Assembly (NCBI GenBank): GCA_030754595.1
Contig: JASLZZ010000013.1
Location: forward strand, 1 to 63,048
From: Nitrospinota bacterium
GTDB lineage: Bacteria; UBA8248
Length of the DNA: 63,048 bases
Direction of reading: 5' to 3'
The notes under the pieces are model-generated. The model saw nothing but the letters and a program-made list of their open reading frames with translations. It was not told the DNA's origin and searched no databases. Below, piece by piece: positions 7,987 to 17,630 of this stretch (the first letter of the stretch is position 1; every line of letters starts with the position of its first letter). Made by a program: the position numbers and the translations under genes.

Positions 7987-9759
7987 CTAAAACGGCGGCT
8001 TCTGGAGCCCCCTGTCGTAGAAATCGGCGGTATAGGCGAAGGGCATGGGGTTATAGGGCTCGATCTCGATGTCGATTTCAGCGTCCACCACAACGGGCCT
8101 TCCGGCCTCCAGGGCCTTCTTGAGAACCGGCCTGATGTCTCCCGGCTTCTCGAGCTTCATGCCTTCCACGCCCAGCGACTCCGCCATCTTCACGAAGTCG
8201 GGGTTCCAGAGCTCGCCGGTCGCCTCGATCTTGTAATCGCAGAAAACCTCCTTCCCGTAAAAATTCTTCATCCGCCGCTCGAACTGGACCGACCGGTTGT
8301 TGAGCACGACCCAGACGGCGGGGATGCCGTACTCGACCGCGGTCGCAACGGAGGTTCCCGTCATCATGAAGGACCCGTCGCCCACGAAGGCGATGGCCGG
8401 GTGAGCGGGGTTGGCGAGCTTGGCTCCGATGAGCCCGGGCACGCTCCAGCCCATGCGGATGAAATGATCGTTGTTGGTGCTGATGTTCCGCGAGGACGCT
8501 TTAAAAAACGAGGGTGCGAAGCAGAGGCTGGCGCCCGTGTCGATGAGTATCGAGGTCTCGGGGTCCACCTCCCGGACGGCTTCTCCCGCCTCGTGGTATA
8601 GCCTCGCGTAGTGGAGAGGCGAAGAGTCGTCCTCCCGCATATGGGCCACCTTCGCCCGCCACTCCTCGCGCCAGTCGTTGATTTGACGCATCCAGGAGCC
8701 GCCGCCCGAGCCCTTGAAGCGCCGCTCCTTCAACTCCTCGGTGAGCGCCCGCAGGGCGAGGCGCGGGTCCGAGACGATCGCGACTTCGGCGGGGTAGACC
8801 CGGGCGATCTCCTCGGGGTCCAGATCTATCTGAATAAGCTTGGTCGTTTCGGGGATGTCGTACAAGGTCCAGCCCGCGGTGGTGAGGTCGGTGAAGCGGT
8901 TCCCGATGGAGACGAGCGTGTCGCAGTTCCGGGCCGTCTGGACCCCATGCTCATCTCCGAAGCGCCCGGGGATGCCGACATAGAGGGGGTGGTCCTCCGG
9001 AAAGGCGCCCTTGCCCGCGAAGGTGGTCCCGACCGGGACCTGAAAGCTCTCGGCGAACTCGAGGAGCTCTTCGTATCCCCCCGCGTTCAAAAGTCCCGTG
9101 CTCACCAGGGCGAAGGGCCGCTCGCTCTTGGTGATAAGATCAGCCGCGCGCCGCACGCCTTCCATGTCCGGGCCCGAGGGATGGAAGTGGGCCCATTGGC
9201 GCGGATCGGGGATATCGAGCACTTCGGTCTCGGTGTTCTGGATGTCGAAGGGGACCTGAACCACCACGGGCCCCGGCCTTCCGGTGCAGGCGGTTTTATA
9301 CGCCCGGACGAACATCTCGAGCGCCGTATCCGGCCGGTTCACCATGAAGGCCTTCTTGGAGATGGGCTTTACGATCTGCACCCACTCCTCCGGCCCGTAG
9401 CGGTAACTCTCCTGAATCCCGCCCCGGTCGAACCACTGCGTGGGACCCGCTCCCACGAGGACGATCATGGCCGAGTCCTCGTAAAAGGCCTCGGCGAGAG
9501 GGCCTACGATGTTGGTCGCGCCCGGTCCGCCCGTCGTGCACACGACGGGGATCGGCCCGCCGCGTCGCATGCGGAAGTAGCAATCGGCCATGTGCATGGC
9601 ATGGTCCTCGCATCGCGACCGTATACCCTTGATCTTCGTCTCTGAAGCCAGGGCATCGAGAAGGGCCCAGTTCCCGTGACCCACATAGCCGAAGAAATAT
9701 TCGGTCCCCGCTTTTTCAAGAAATTTTGCGATGGCCGTCGAAGTGCGCATCTTGACCAT
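7987..9759 (-). CDS. Thiamine diphosphate-dependent enzyme (acetolactate-synthase superfamily, IolD-like N-terminus)
   Basis: GHGN, TTGGPGATN, GRPGPV and ThDP motif GDGSF...NN. Confidence 0.9.
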   Translation of the reverse strand: MVKMRTSTAIAKFLEKAGTEYFFGYVGHGNWALLDALASETKIKGIRSRCEDHAMHMADCYFRMRRGGPIPVVCTTGGPGATNIVGPLAEAFYEDSAMIVLVGAGPTQWFDRGGIQESYRYGPEEWVQIVKPISKKAFMVNRPDTALEMFVRAYKTACTGRPGPVVVQVPFDIQNTETEVLDIPDPRQWAHFHPSGPDMEGVRRAADLITKSERPFALVSTGLLNAGGYEELLEFAESFQVPVGTTFAGKGAFPEDHPLYVGIPGRFGDEHGVQTARNCDTLVSIGNRFTDLTTAGWTLYDIPETTKLIQIDLDPEEIARVYPAEVAIVSDPRLALRALTEELKERRFKGSGGGSWMRQINDWREEWRAKVAHMREDDSSPLHYARLYHEAGEAVREVDPETSILIDTGASLCFAPSFFKASSRNISTNNDHFIRMGWSVPGLIGAKLANPAHPAIAFVGDGSFMMTGTSVATAVEYGIPAVWVVLNNRSVQFERRMKNFYGKEVFCDYKIEATGELWNPDFVKMAESLGVEGMKLEKPGDIRPVLKKALEAGRPVVVDAEIDIEIEPYNPMPFAYTADFYDRGLQKPPF

Positions 9760-9854
9760 GAACTTTTCCTCCGCGAAAAAAAATCAGGCTCGTCTCTCGA
9801 AAAACGATCATCTAACCGAAAACGGATTATTCGAATGGCGGCGAAAGATCGCCC

Positions 9855-10583
9855 TTACTTTTTGGCCTCGGCCCCCTCGGCCACCTTTTCCTTGAACTCC
9901 TCGTTGTCGAGGACCCAACCGAGGGCGCGCATGACGTTCTGGAGCCCGAGGACGTGGAGATCGGGACCATACATGCTGGCGACGCAATCGGAGAGGACGA
10001 CGACCCGGTAGTCGTAGTTGAAGGCGGTGAAGGCCGTGTTCATGACGCAGGTGTTGGTGTTGATTCCCATCAGGCAGACGTTCTTGACGCGGAGTGTATC
10101 GAGCAGGCCTTTCAGGTCGGTGCCCATGAAGCAGTCCAGGCGCTTCTTGTTGTCGATGACGTAGTCGCCCTCATCCACCAGGTCCGGGATCATCTCGGTG
10201 GTGACTTCGCCCTCGATGTTGTGGCCGTTCACCGTGCTCTTGCGGCCCAGGGTTTGGCGGTTCTTATCGTCCTGAATGTCGTGGAGCATCTTCCAGAAGG
10301 GCACGGTCATGCCCTCGCTTCCCAGGCCGGGAATTTTCCGCCAGACGAGCTTGACGTGAACGACAGGAATCTGGTGGGCGCGGGCGAATTGGAGAAGCTC
10401 GCTGGAGTTTCCGATAACCTTCTCGCAGTCCTCGTCGCTGGCGGGCATCGTCGCCACCTCCGGGTCCAGGTGCCCGCGGTGCATATCGATGGTGACGATT
10501 GCGGTCTCCTTGGGGTCGAGCCGGAGCAATTTCACCATCTTGTCCGTCATCTCCGAGCGATCGAGAATCTCAACCTGGGACAT
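9855..10583 (-). CDS. Cysteine hydrolase (isochorismatase/nicotinamidase family)
   Basis: TIDMH, NKKRLDCF, GINTNTCV (Asp-Lys-Cys triad), VLSDCVAS. Confidence 0.9.
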   Translation of the reverse strand: MSQVEILDRSEMTDKMVKLLRLDPKETAIVTIDMHRGHLDPEVATMPASDEDCEKVIGNSSELLQFARAHQIPVVHVKLVWRKIPGLGSEGMTVPFWKMLHDIQDDKNRQTLGRKSTVNGHNIEGEVTTEMIPDLVDEGDYVIDNKKRLDCFMGTDLKGLLDTLRVKNVCLMGINTNTCVMNTAFTAFNYDYRVVVLSDCVASMYGPDLHVLGLQNVMRALGWVLDNEEFKEKVAEGAEAKK

Positions 10584-11126
10584 GGCGCGTCTCCTCTGCG
10601 AATGTGTGGAAGGAGGACAGCCTGGCCCTCCATGAGTCTCTTCTGGCTTTCCCGGCGTTCTTCCTCGGTCCGAAACCGATCGGTGAGGTCGCGGGCGTTG
10701 CCGGAGAAGGCGATGATCCCGGAATTATGTGGCTACTCCCCCTGTTTGGCAAATTCCGACCCTTTTTTCTCTTGTCGGCGGCGCTTCCCGCCGAGAAGTC
10801 TATAACCGGCAAAGGCCTTCGTTGCTTTCGAAACGACCCCTCCCAGCCAATAAGGAGAGCGGAAATAGTTTCAGGGGTCCTGGCGTGGGATAGCTTTCGC
10901 CTTTGCCAGCGCGGTTCGGGCCGGGCGAGGAAGGGAGGAGTGAAGTCCTCTTATTTCACCGGTGTCTTCGAGGAGGGAAACCGCCTAAGGCGCTCCGCGT
11001 TTTGGTGGGCAGGCGTTTTTTAAGCCCTTTGGCCCTGTTCCTCGCCGCAGGGGTCTTGTCTCCCGTGGGACGCCCGCCGCGTGAACCATGGGCCGCTCGT
11101 TGACGTGAAGGCGGAAGCCGCCAAGC

Positions 11127-12119
11127 CTAATGGTGGCCCACCGCCCAGGAAAAAGTAACGCCGTGGGGAGCGGCGCCGGTCTGGATGCGGTCGAGGACGC
11201 GAAACGAGCGCGCGTCGATTACATGGACGTAGTTCCGGTAGCGGCTGGTCACCCAGAGCTCACTGCCGTCCGGAGTGACGGACATCATATCCGGCCCGCC
11301 GGGGACGGAGATCTGCTTCTGGACGGCGCGGCTCGCGGGGTCCACCACGGAAACGGTGTCGGCGTTGCGGTTCGCGACGAATAGCGTTTTTCCGTCCGGC
11401 GTGAGGGCCAGGCCGTGGGCGGCTTTTCCTGTTTCGAACTTTTCTTTCAGCTCCAGGGTCTCGACATCGATGACCGCCACCTTCCCTTCGCCGTAAATCG
11501 CGACGAAGGCCTCTTTCTTGTGGGGGCCGAGATGGATGTCCACGGGCCGGGTGCCGACGGTGATCTGTTTTTTCACCTTCCAGGTCTTGGTGTCGACGGC
11601 GGAAACCGTCTGCGACTTTTCGTTCGTGACGAACATGATCGAACCGCTCTCGTTGAAGGCCAGATGGTTTGGCTCCTTCCCGGTCTGGACGCGATGGAGC
11701 TTTTTGAGGGTTTTGGCGTCGTAGACCTCGACGAACAGGTCCCGGGTGCAGGCCGTCACCATGAAGCGCCGGGTGGGGTCGTAAACGAGATTGTAGGGGT
11801 CGTAAATGTTCGGAATGGTGCGGACCGGGAGATGGGTGTGAAGGTCCACCACCGTAATATCGTCGCTGTGGGTGTTTCCGACGTAGATAAACTCTCCGTC
11901 GAGGCTGTGAAGCATGTGGTGAGGATGATCCCCCACGGGGAAGGTTCGAACTGGCTTCCGGCTCTTGCGGTCGATGACGGTCACCGAGTCGGCGTCGCTG
12001 TTGGAGATGTAGACCATTTCGTCGCCCGAGGCGTTCGAGGCGCCGGGCGTAGCCGCCACGCATACCACTGCCGCGAATCCCGCCACCGCTGCCCAGGCAA
12101 GTAACCGTTTCCCGATCAT
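11127..12119 (-). CDS. Exported YVTN/YncE-type beta-propeller protein
   Basis: Signal peptide from ATG 12119; about seven YV.N..S.TVSVID...VG..P repeats. Confidence 0.9.
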   Translation of the reverse strand: MIGKRLLAWAAVAGFAAVVCVAATPGASNASGDEMVYISNSDADSVTVIDRKSRKPVRTFPVGDHPHHMLHSLDGEFIYVGNTHSDDITVVDLHTHLPVRTIPNIYDPYNLVYDPTRRFMVTACTRDLFVEVYDAKTLKKLHRVQTGKEPNHLAFNESGSIMFVTNEKSQTVSAVDTKTWKVKKQITVGTRPVDIHLGPHKKEAFVAIYGEGKVAVIDVETLELKEKFETGKAAHGLALTPDGKTLFVANRNADTVSVVDPASRAVQKQISVPGGPDMMSVTPDGSELWVTSRYRNYVHVIDARSFRVLDRIQTGAAPHGVTFSWAVGHH

Positions 12120-12263
12120 ATGAGAATCCTCTTCTTTTTCGTGTTGACAGAAATTACCCAGTGAACGCCGTGCGATCCGTTTCCACTCTAGCCCGGTTCG
12201 GCGCCCCGACCCGGTTCGGGACACAGCTGGCTCCCGAATGCATCAAACCTTGGCCGGCGCGCC

Positions 12264-13247
12264 TCAGCCCCTTTCGCCCTGATCCTCGCCGTCGGGGTCC
12301 GCTTCCCAAGGAGCGCCCGCCGTGTGAACCACGGGAGGAGCGGGCCGCCCGTTGACATGAAGGCGGAATACGTCGGGGCGGGCGTAATGGCCCACCACGT
12401 CGAAGGCGTACTTGGCGCGCACGATTTCGTCGAGATCGATCTCCGCCGAGAGGATGGCGGGCCCCTCGAAGTTGGGTCCGGCGAGGATCTCGCCGGTCGG
12501 GGAGACGATGGAGCTGCCCCCGCGCATCAGGACGGTCTCGGGGTCGTCTCCCTGGAAGGCGTTGTAATCCTCAGGGCAGTCGCCGCGCGTGAGATATTGG
12601 CAGGTGGACAGGACGAAACAGCCGCCCTCCCGCGCGACGTGCTGCATGGTGGGCAGCCAGGTGTCGCGGCTGTCCGCCGTCGGGGCGAGATAGATCTGGA
12701 CGCCTTTTGAGTACATGGCCGTCCGCAGGAGCGGCATGTAATTTTCCCAGCAGATGACCGCGCCGAGCCGGCCCAGCGGGGTGTCGGCCACCGTCAGCGT
12801 GGAGCCGTCGCCGTAGCCCCAGACCAGGCGCTCCATCGCGGTCGGCATCAGCTTGCGGTGCTTGCCGATGAGTTGGCCGTCCGGCCCCCAGAAACACGCC
12901 GTGCAATAGAGCGTACCGCCGTCCCGCTCGATGACGCCCACGACGAGGTGGAGGCCGTTCTCCCGGGCGGCGGCGCCGATGGCGGCGCTGTCGGGCCCCG
13001 CCAGATCGAGCGCGCTCTCGTGGTAGCGCCGGAAATCCTCCATTCCCTCGGGGGAGCGGCTCCCCATCCGGGCCCCGAAGTCGAGCCCAGTGGGATAACC
13101 GGAGACGAACGCCTCGGGAAATAAAACAAGCTTTGCCCCCGTTTTCGACGCCTCGGCGGTGAGCCGCGCGATCTTTTCGACGGTTTTTTTTCTGTCGAAG
13201 ACAACGGAACTATCCTGCACCACCGCGACGGTGAATTTTTTCGGCAT
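12264..13247 (-). CDS. Nitrilase (carbon-nitrogen hydrolase)
   Basis: FPEAF, HRKLMPT, ICWENYMP catalytic Glu-Lys-Cys; DVVGHYARPD C-terminal motif. Confidence 0.92.
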   Translation of the reverse strand: MPKKFTVAVVQDSSVVFDRKKTVEKIARLTAEASKTGAKLVLFPEAFVSGYPTGLDFGARMGSRSPEGMEDFRRYHESALDLAGPDSAAIGAAARENGLHLVVGVIERDGGTLYCTACFWGPDGQLIGKHRKLMPTAMERLVWGYGDGSTLTVADTPLGRLGAVICWENYMPLLRTAMYSKGVQIYLAPTADSRDTWLPTMQHVAREGGCFVLSTCQYLTRGDCPEDYNAFQGDDPETVLMRGGSSIVSPTGEILAGPNFEGPAILSAEIDLDEIVRAKYAFDVVGHYARPDVFRLHVNGRPAPPVVHTAGAPWEADPDGEDQGERG

Positions 13248-13507
13248 GGTCCATCCCCCCTTGCGCGCGAAATGACAAAGATGCTTTTTGTCTCGCCCGA
13301 TATTTTATTCCGCCGCTTTTTTTAACCCGGAATCAGGCGGCAAACAAGGCTCCTGCCCCGATTTCGAATCGATCACTCTCAATTCCGGCTGCTTCCCCCT
13401 TTTTTGAGGCGCAATGCCCCCTGTTTTTTTGCTGTTATCGTCTTTCGGTTCTTCGCGTGGGCTCATTTCGACTTTGCCGCTCCGGTTCAGGCCGGAGCGA
13501 AGTCCCC

Positions 13508-14443
13508 CTATTTCGCCGGTAACTTCGCGGGGGGCAACCGCCAAAGGCGTTCTGCGTTCCGGTGGGCCAGCGCGTGCGCCGCGGCGGGGGGAAGGTCGGT
13601 CAGCGCTTTTCGCCAAAGCTCGATCTGGTCCAGATAAAAATCCCCCCAGTCGTCCGCCCATACGTTGTCGAAGCCCAGGATGAAGCGCTCCGGGTGCCGG
13701 ATGATGAGCTTTTTCCACCGGGGAGCCAGATGGTTTCCCTTTAACAAGTTAACCCATGGCTGGCCCGGGGTGGCGCCGAGCGCCACCGTGTTGGCGCGCG
13801 AGGTCAAAAAGAAAACGTTGGGGTGCGCCGCGATCAGGCGGGCAACGTCGTCGGCGGGGAGCTGACCCATATGGATCAACACGAAGGGGTGCTTCGGGTT
13901 CGCGGCGGCCATGGCCTCGAACTTTTTCATGAATTCATCGCGGTCGAATTGAATCGCAGCGAATTCAATATGGGCGATAAAGGGCCATTTCCGCTCCAGG
14001 GCGATCTCAAGCGCCGCCATCGCCTGCGGCTCATCGGGGAGCACCGATATCTCGGGGGCCATATTTCCCTTTTGTGCGTGATACAAAATCACCTCGGCCA
14101 GCGCGGCGAACTCGGGTTTGCTCTTCTGCATCTTGAGCAGGCGGTAATACTTCCGCTGGTTGGCGTTGCAGGAAAAACCCTTCGTCCTGAGGGCCGGGGT
14201 GATCCGGTCCGGGTGCCGGGAAACCGCTGAAACAAACGGACCCACTTTCACTTTCGGCCTCGTCGAGAGGATGGTCCGTGCGATCCCGCCCTTGTCCATC
14301 AGTTTGATCACGTCTTCAATCTCGACACCCTCGTCCACCTGGCTGTGCGCGTCGATGATGGGCATCCGGGCCGCCCCGGCCGGGAGAGCCGCCGAGAGAA
14401 TAGAAAACAGAAAAGATAATAATGCCACGGCAATAATCTTCAC
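13508..14443 (-). CDS. Exported amidohydrolase-family (TIM-barrel) protein
   Basis: Signal peptide; IIDAHSQ, HIE, LIHMG, FILGFD, NAERLW. Confidence 0.8.
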   Translation of the reverse strand: MKIIAVALLSFLFSILSAALPAGAARMPIIDAHSQVDEGVEIEDVIKLMDKGGIARTILSTRPKVKVGPFVSAVSRHPDRITPALRTKGFSCNANQRKYYRLLKMQKSKPEFAALAEVILYHAQKGNMAPEISVLPDEPQAMAALEIALERKWPFIAHIEFAAIQFDRDEFMKKFEAMAAANPKHPFVLIHMGQLPADDVARLIAAHPNVFFLTSRANTVALGATPGQPWVNLLKGNHLAPRWKKLIIRHPERFILGFDNVWADDWGDFYLDQIELWRKALTDLPPAAAHALAHRNAERLWRLPPAKLPAK

Positions 14444-14549
14444 GATTGACTTCTCTCCTCTCTATTGCGCAGTAAATTTTCCCAAAGCCGGATCATTTTT
14501 TCCCGTTTCGCCGCGCGGATTCATTCAGGGGGTTCAGGCGCCCGGCGCC

Positions 14550-15428
14550 TCATTTTCCCCAGACGACCAGAAACACCCCGGTGACCGATAGCAACCCCCC
14601 GTACACGACCCAGGCGGTGATCTTTTCCTGTGTTCTGAAAAACAGCCAGGAGGTGAAAATCATCAGGAGGACCGCGATCCGGGTGACGGGGACCACCTGC
14701 ACGAGTTCCCCCCGCCTGACGGCCGTCCAGAAGAGCAGAGCGGACGTGAAGTTGAACAGCGCCCCCGCCACTATACAAAGCAGGGGCCGCCGCCCCCAGG
14801 AACCGGACATTCTCTCTTTCGTGAAAGGTAAGATGACGATCATTGTCAGGACCGAGACGGTGTTGGAGATGCTCAGGCCGAGCGGTGCGGAATTGATCCA
14901 GAAAAAACCGAATTTGCGGAGCAAGTGAGATAGCCCCAGAAAAAACGCCGCCGCCAGCGGGATGAGGTAGTAGGCGAAGGGTGTCTCCGTAGGGTCCTCT
15001 TTCCCCCTGTGGACCAGGAGAATGGAGCCGGCCATGATCGCCAGCGTCCCCGCCCCGATCGCCAGGTTCAGGCGCTCGCCCAGCAGGACGATGGCCATCC
15101 CCGTCGACCAGACGAGACTCGTCTGCATCAGAACCGAGGTCCGGGCGAGGCCGATCTCTTTTATCGAAAAAAAACTAAGATAGCGGCCGCCCAGGCCCCC
15201 TAATATCCCGACGATCACGAACCAGGCAATGCCCTGAAAGGGCCAGTGTTCCACTCGGCCCGTAAAAAAATAAAAGATCCAGACGATGACGAGGGTAATA
15301 GAGCCCGAGGCCAGCGCCGTCGTGCCGGGGCCGAGGCTGAGCATCGCGCCCCGGTAGAGGGTTCGCGCTATCGCGATGTTGAACGCGGATATCAGCGCCA
15401 ACAGACTGGGATGAAGCGTATCGAGCAA
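14550..15428 (-). CDS. DMT/EamA-family transporter
   Basis: About ten hydrophobic helices in two repeats; LLGER and FFRTQEKIT repeat ends. Confidence 0.85.
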   Translation of the reverse strand: MLDTLHPSLLALISAFNIAIARTLYRGAMLSLGPGTTALASGSITLVIVWIFYFFTGRVEHWPFQGIAWFVIVGILGGLGGRYLSFFSIKEIGLARTSVLMQTSLVWSTGMAIVLLGERLNLAIGAGTLAIMAGSILLVHRGKEDPTETPFAYYLIPLAAAFFLGLSHLLRKFGFFWINSAPLGLSISNTVSVLTMIVILPFTKERMSGSWGRRPLLCIVAGALFNFTSALLFWTAVRRGELVQVVPVTRIAVLLMIFTSWLFFRTQEKITAWVVYGGLLSVTGVFLVVWGK

Positions 15429-15624
15429 AGTGACCCCAGCGAGTAGGGAAGCGAAAAATCTATTATCGCACGGATTGTGGAAAGTGATGACGGCCGGAAT
15501 GGGCTCTCAAAGGTCCCGACGCGATTTCGCCCGCCGAAAGGTCCCAAAGCCCAAAAAAAGGGAAGGATTGCAGGTTGAGCCCCGGATGAGTGAAAAGGAA
15601 GTTGTGGCCCTGTGCCGGGTGGGT

Positions 15625-15903
15625 TCATCCCCCGCTGCAAGGGTCCGCGAGATCGTCGATGAGCTTCCAGGCTTCCTCGGAAATTTTAGGGGTTTCTCGG
15701 GGGACGCTGCACGGCATGGGGCTTCTTTTCTTGATGACCTTCTTCGGCGTGTCCGCAAGGCCGGTGGAAGTTTTTCCGGGAGTAAACGGCCCGGTGATTT
15801 GTGCCTGTCTGGGGGCATCGCTCCCATGAAAAACGAATCCCCAAAGCAGCACCGCCATTACGATAATCAGTCCCAACAATAGCCTATGGCCGCGAGAAAA
15901 CAT
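15625..15903 (-). CDS. Small membrane-anchored or exported protein (92 aa, two Cys)
   Basis: ATG 15903 after a purine-rich RBS; N-terminal TM LLLGLIIVMAVLLWGFVF; lies below a sigma54-type promoter. Confidence 0.55.
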   Translation of the reverse strand: MFSRGHRLLLGLIIVMAVLLWGFVFHGSDAPRQAQITGPFTPGKTSTGLADTPKKVIKKRSPMPCSVPRETPKISEEAWKLIDDLADPCSGG

Positions 15904-16049
15904 CTTCCCTTTCCCCCCTCTCCCGAAATTGGTAAGGCCAGCCCCGGAGGGCTGGCCCTTGCGGAGAAGCGAAGGGCTGTAAGCTGAACAGGTCAGAGAG
16001 ATTCTGTATTGTGCGCCCAACCCACTTCCCAACTCCTGCTCTTGTATAA

Positions 16050-16065
16050 AGCAAAATAGATGCCA
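16050..16065 (-). promoter_or_regulatory. Sigma54 (-24/-12) promoter
   Basis: Minus strand TGGCATCTATTTTGCT with exact GG-N10-GC spacing. Confidence 0.7.
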
Positions 16066-16573
16066 CATTGGACAAAAAAAAGAGAAGGGGAGGCCGGGGA
16101 AGGCCGGCCCGGCCGAAACACTTGATATGCGGTTGTTTGGGGGATGCGGGGGTGAAGGTTTCGGGAGCGACGAAAGGTCCGAGGCCTTGCCGGTGCGGCA
16201 AAATGCCTTGGTTTCCACGGCGCGCGGGTAAAAACGCCGCATTTTTGACGCCGCCGCCGCCTCGAAATGACTTCACTCGAAACGACTTCACCTCAAAATG
16301 GCTCCGTCTCGAAACGGCCCGCGGCGCGAGGGTCTTTCGGCTTCTAGTTCTTTTTCCTTGCACCTTCGCCGGCTCCGGATGCGGGAGGTTGGAGACTTGA
16401 GACGGGGAGGCTGGAGGTGGACGCCGGCCCGAACGGCGCGCGCGAGAACGACAAAGCGGCTCAACGCTGGCGGGGGCGGGCTGGATGAGCGATAATCGCC
16501 TCCTTCGTCTACAATCGAATTCCGGGCGGCTCGTCGCGCCGGATCGTTTTTCGACATTTTCAAGGAGAGCCAA

Positions 16574-17587
16574 ATGATTATCGATCCACATGCTCATATC
16601 TCGCCGGAGAGTTTTATCGAGGATGTCCGCAAGAAGCGTTTCGGCCGGGCGGTGACGATAGAGAAGGGCAAGCCCTGGGAGCTGCTCGTCACGCGGACAA
16701 AGATTCTGGGCAAGGAGCGGGTCCACAAGAACCCGCTGCCGAAGGAGACCTACGACGTGGGTCTGCGCCTCAAGGGGATGAAAAAACAGGACGTGGACAT
16801 GCAGATTCTCTCCGTCGTCCCGCCGATGACCTACTACGCGCTCGACAAGGGGCTCAACCGCGAGCTATCGGCCTCGCTGAACGAGGCGCTGCTCAAGATC
16901 GCCGGGGAGCGCCCGGACAAGTTCCGGTGCATGGCCCAGATACCCCTCCAGGACCCGAAGGCGGCGGCCAAGGAGCTCCAGCGCGCCGTCAAGGCGGGCC
17001 ATCTGGGCGCCCAGATCGGCTCGAACGTCGCCGGGGGCAACCTCGACGACAGGAAGCTGGACCCCGTTTGGCGGATGGCGCAAAAGCTCGACGTGCCCAT
17101 CTTCATTCACCCGACCGATGTCATGGGGGTGAACGACCGGCTCAAGGACTATTACCTGCGCAACTTCATCGGGAACCCGCTCGACACCACCATCGCCGCC
17201 GCGAGCCTCATCTTCGGCGGGGTCTTCGACCGGTTCCCGAAGATCAAGTTCCTGCTCTCGCACACGGGCGGTTTCGTGCCCTGGATCAGGGGCCGCTGGC
17301 AGCACGGCTACGGCGAGCGCCTCGAACCCAAGGTGAACAAGGCCAAGGCGCCCGAGAACTACTACAAGAAATTCTACTACGACACGATCATCCACAACGC
17401 CGACGCCTTCGAGTACGCCGTCAAGTCGCTGGGGGTGAACCGCATCCTCTACGGGACCGACTATCCCTTCGACATGGGCTATCTGAAAAAGGCGGGGAAG
17501 ATTCCCGGCCTCTCGAAGTTTAAGAAGAAAGATCAGAAAAAGATGCTCTTCGACAACGTGAAGAAGCTTTACAAGCTCAAGGTCTGA
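16574..17587 (+). CDS. Amidohydrolase 2 family (ACMSD-like) protein, paralog 1
   Basis: DPHAH, FIHP, LSHTGG, GTDYPFD metal-site motifs. Confidence 0.9.
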   Translation: MIIDPHAHISPESFIEDVRKKRFGRAVTIEKGKPWELLVTRTKILGKERVHKNPLPKETYDVGLRLKGMKKQDVDMQILSVVPPMTYYALDKGLNRELSASLNEALLKIAGERPDKFRCMAQIPLQDPKAAAKELQRAVKAGHLGAQIGSNVAGGNLDDRKLDPVWRMAQKLDVPIFIHPTDVMGVNDRLKDYYLRNFIGNPLDTTIAAASLIFGGVFDRFPKIKFLLSHTGGFVPWIRGRWQHGYGERLEPKVNKAKAPENYYKKFYYDTIIHNADAFEYAVKSLGVNRILYGTDYPFDMGYLKKAGKIPGLSKFKKKDQKKMLFDNVKKLYKLKV

Positions 17588-17630
17588 GGTCTCAAGGTCC
17601 GAGGCCGGGGCCCGGCGAAAGGAGAACCCG

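Noticed and set aside
13305..13466. 53-aa ORF MSPREEPKDD... between amidohydrolase and nitrilase
   Set aside because: Could be a small protein but has no clear RBS or motif
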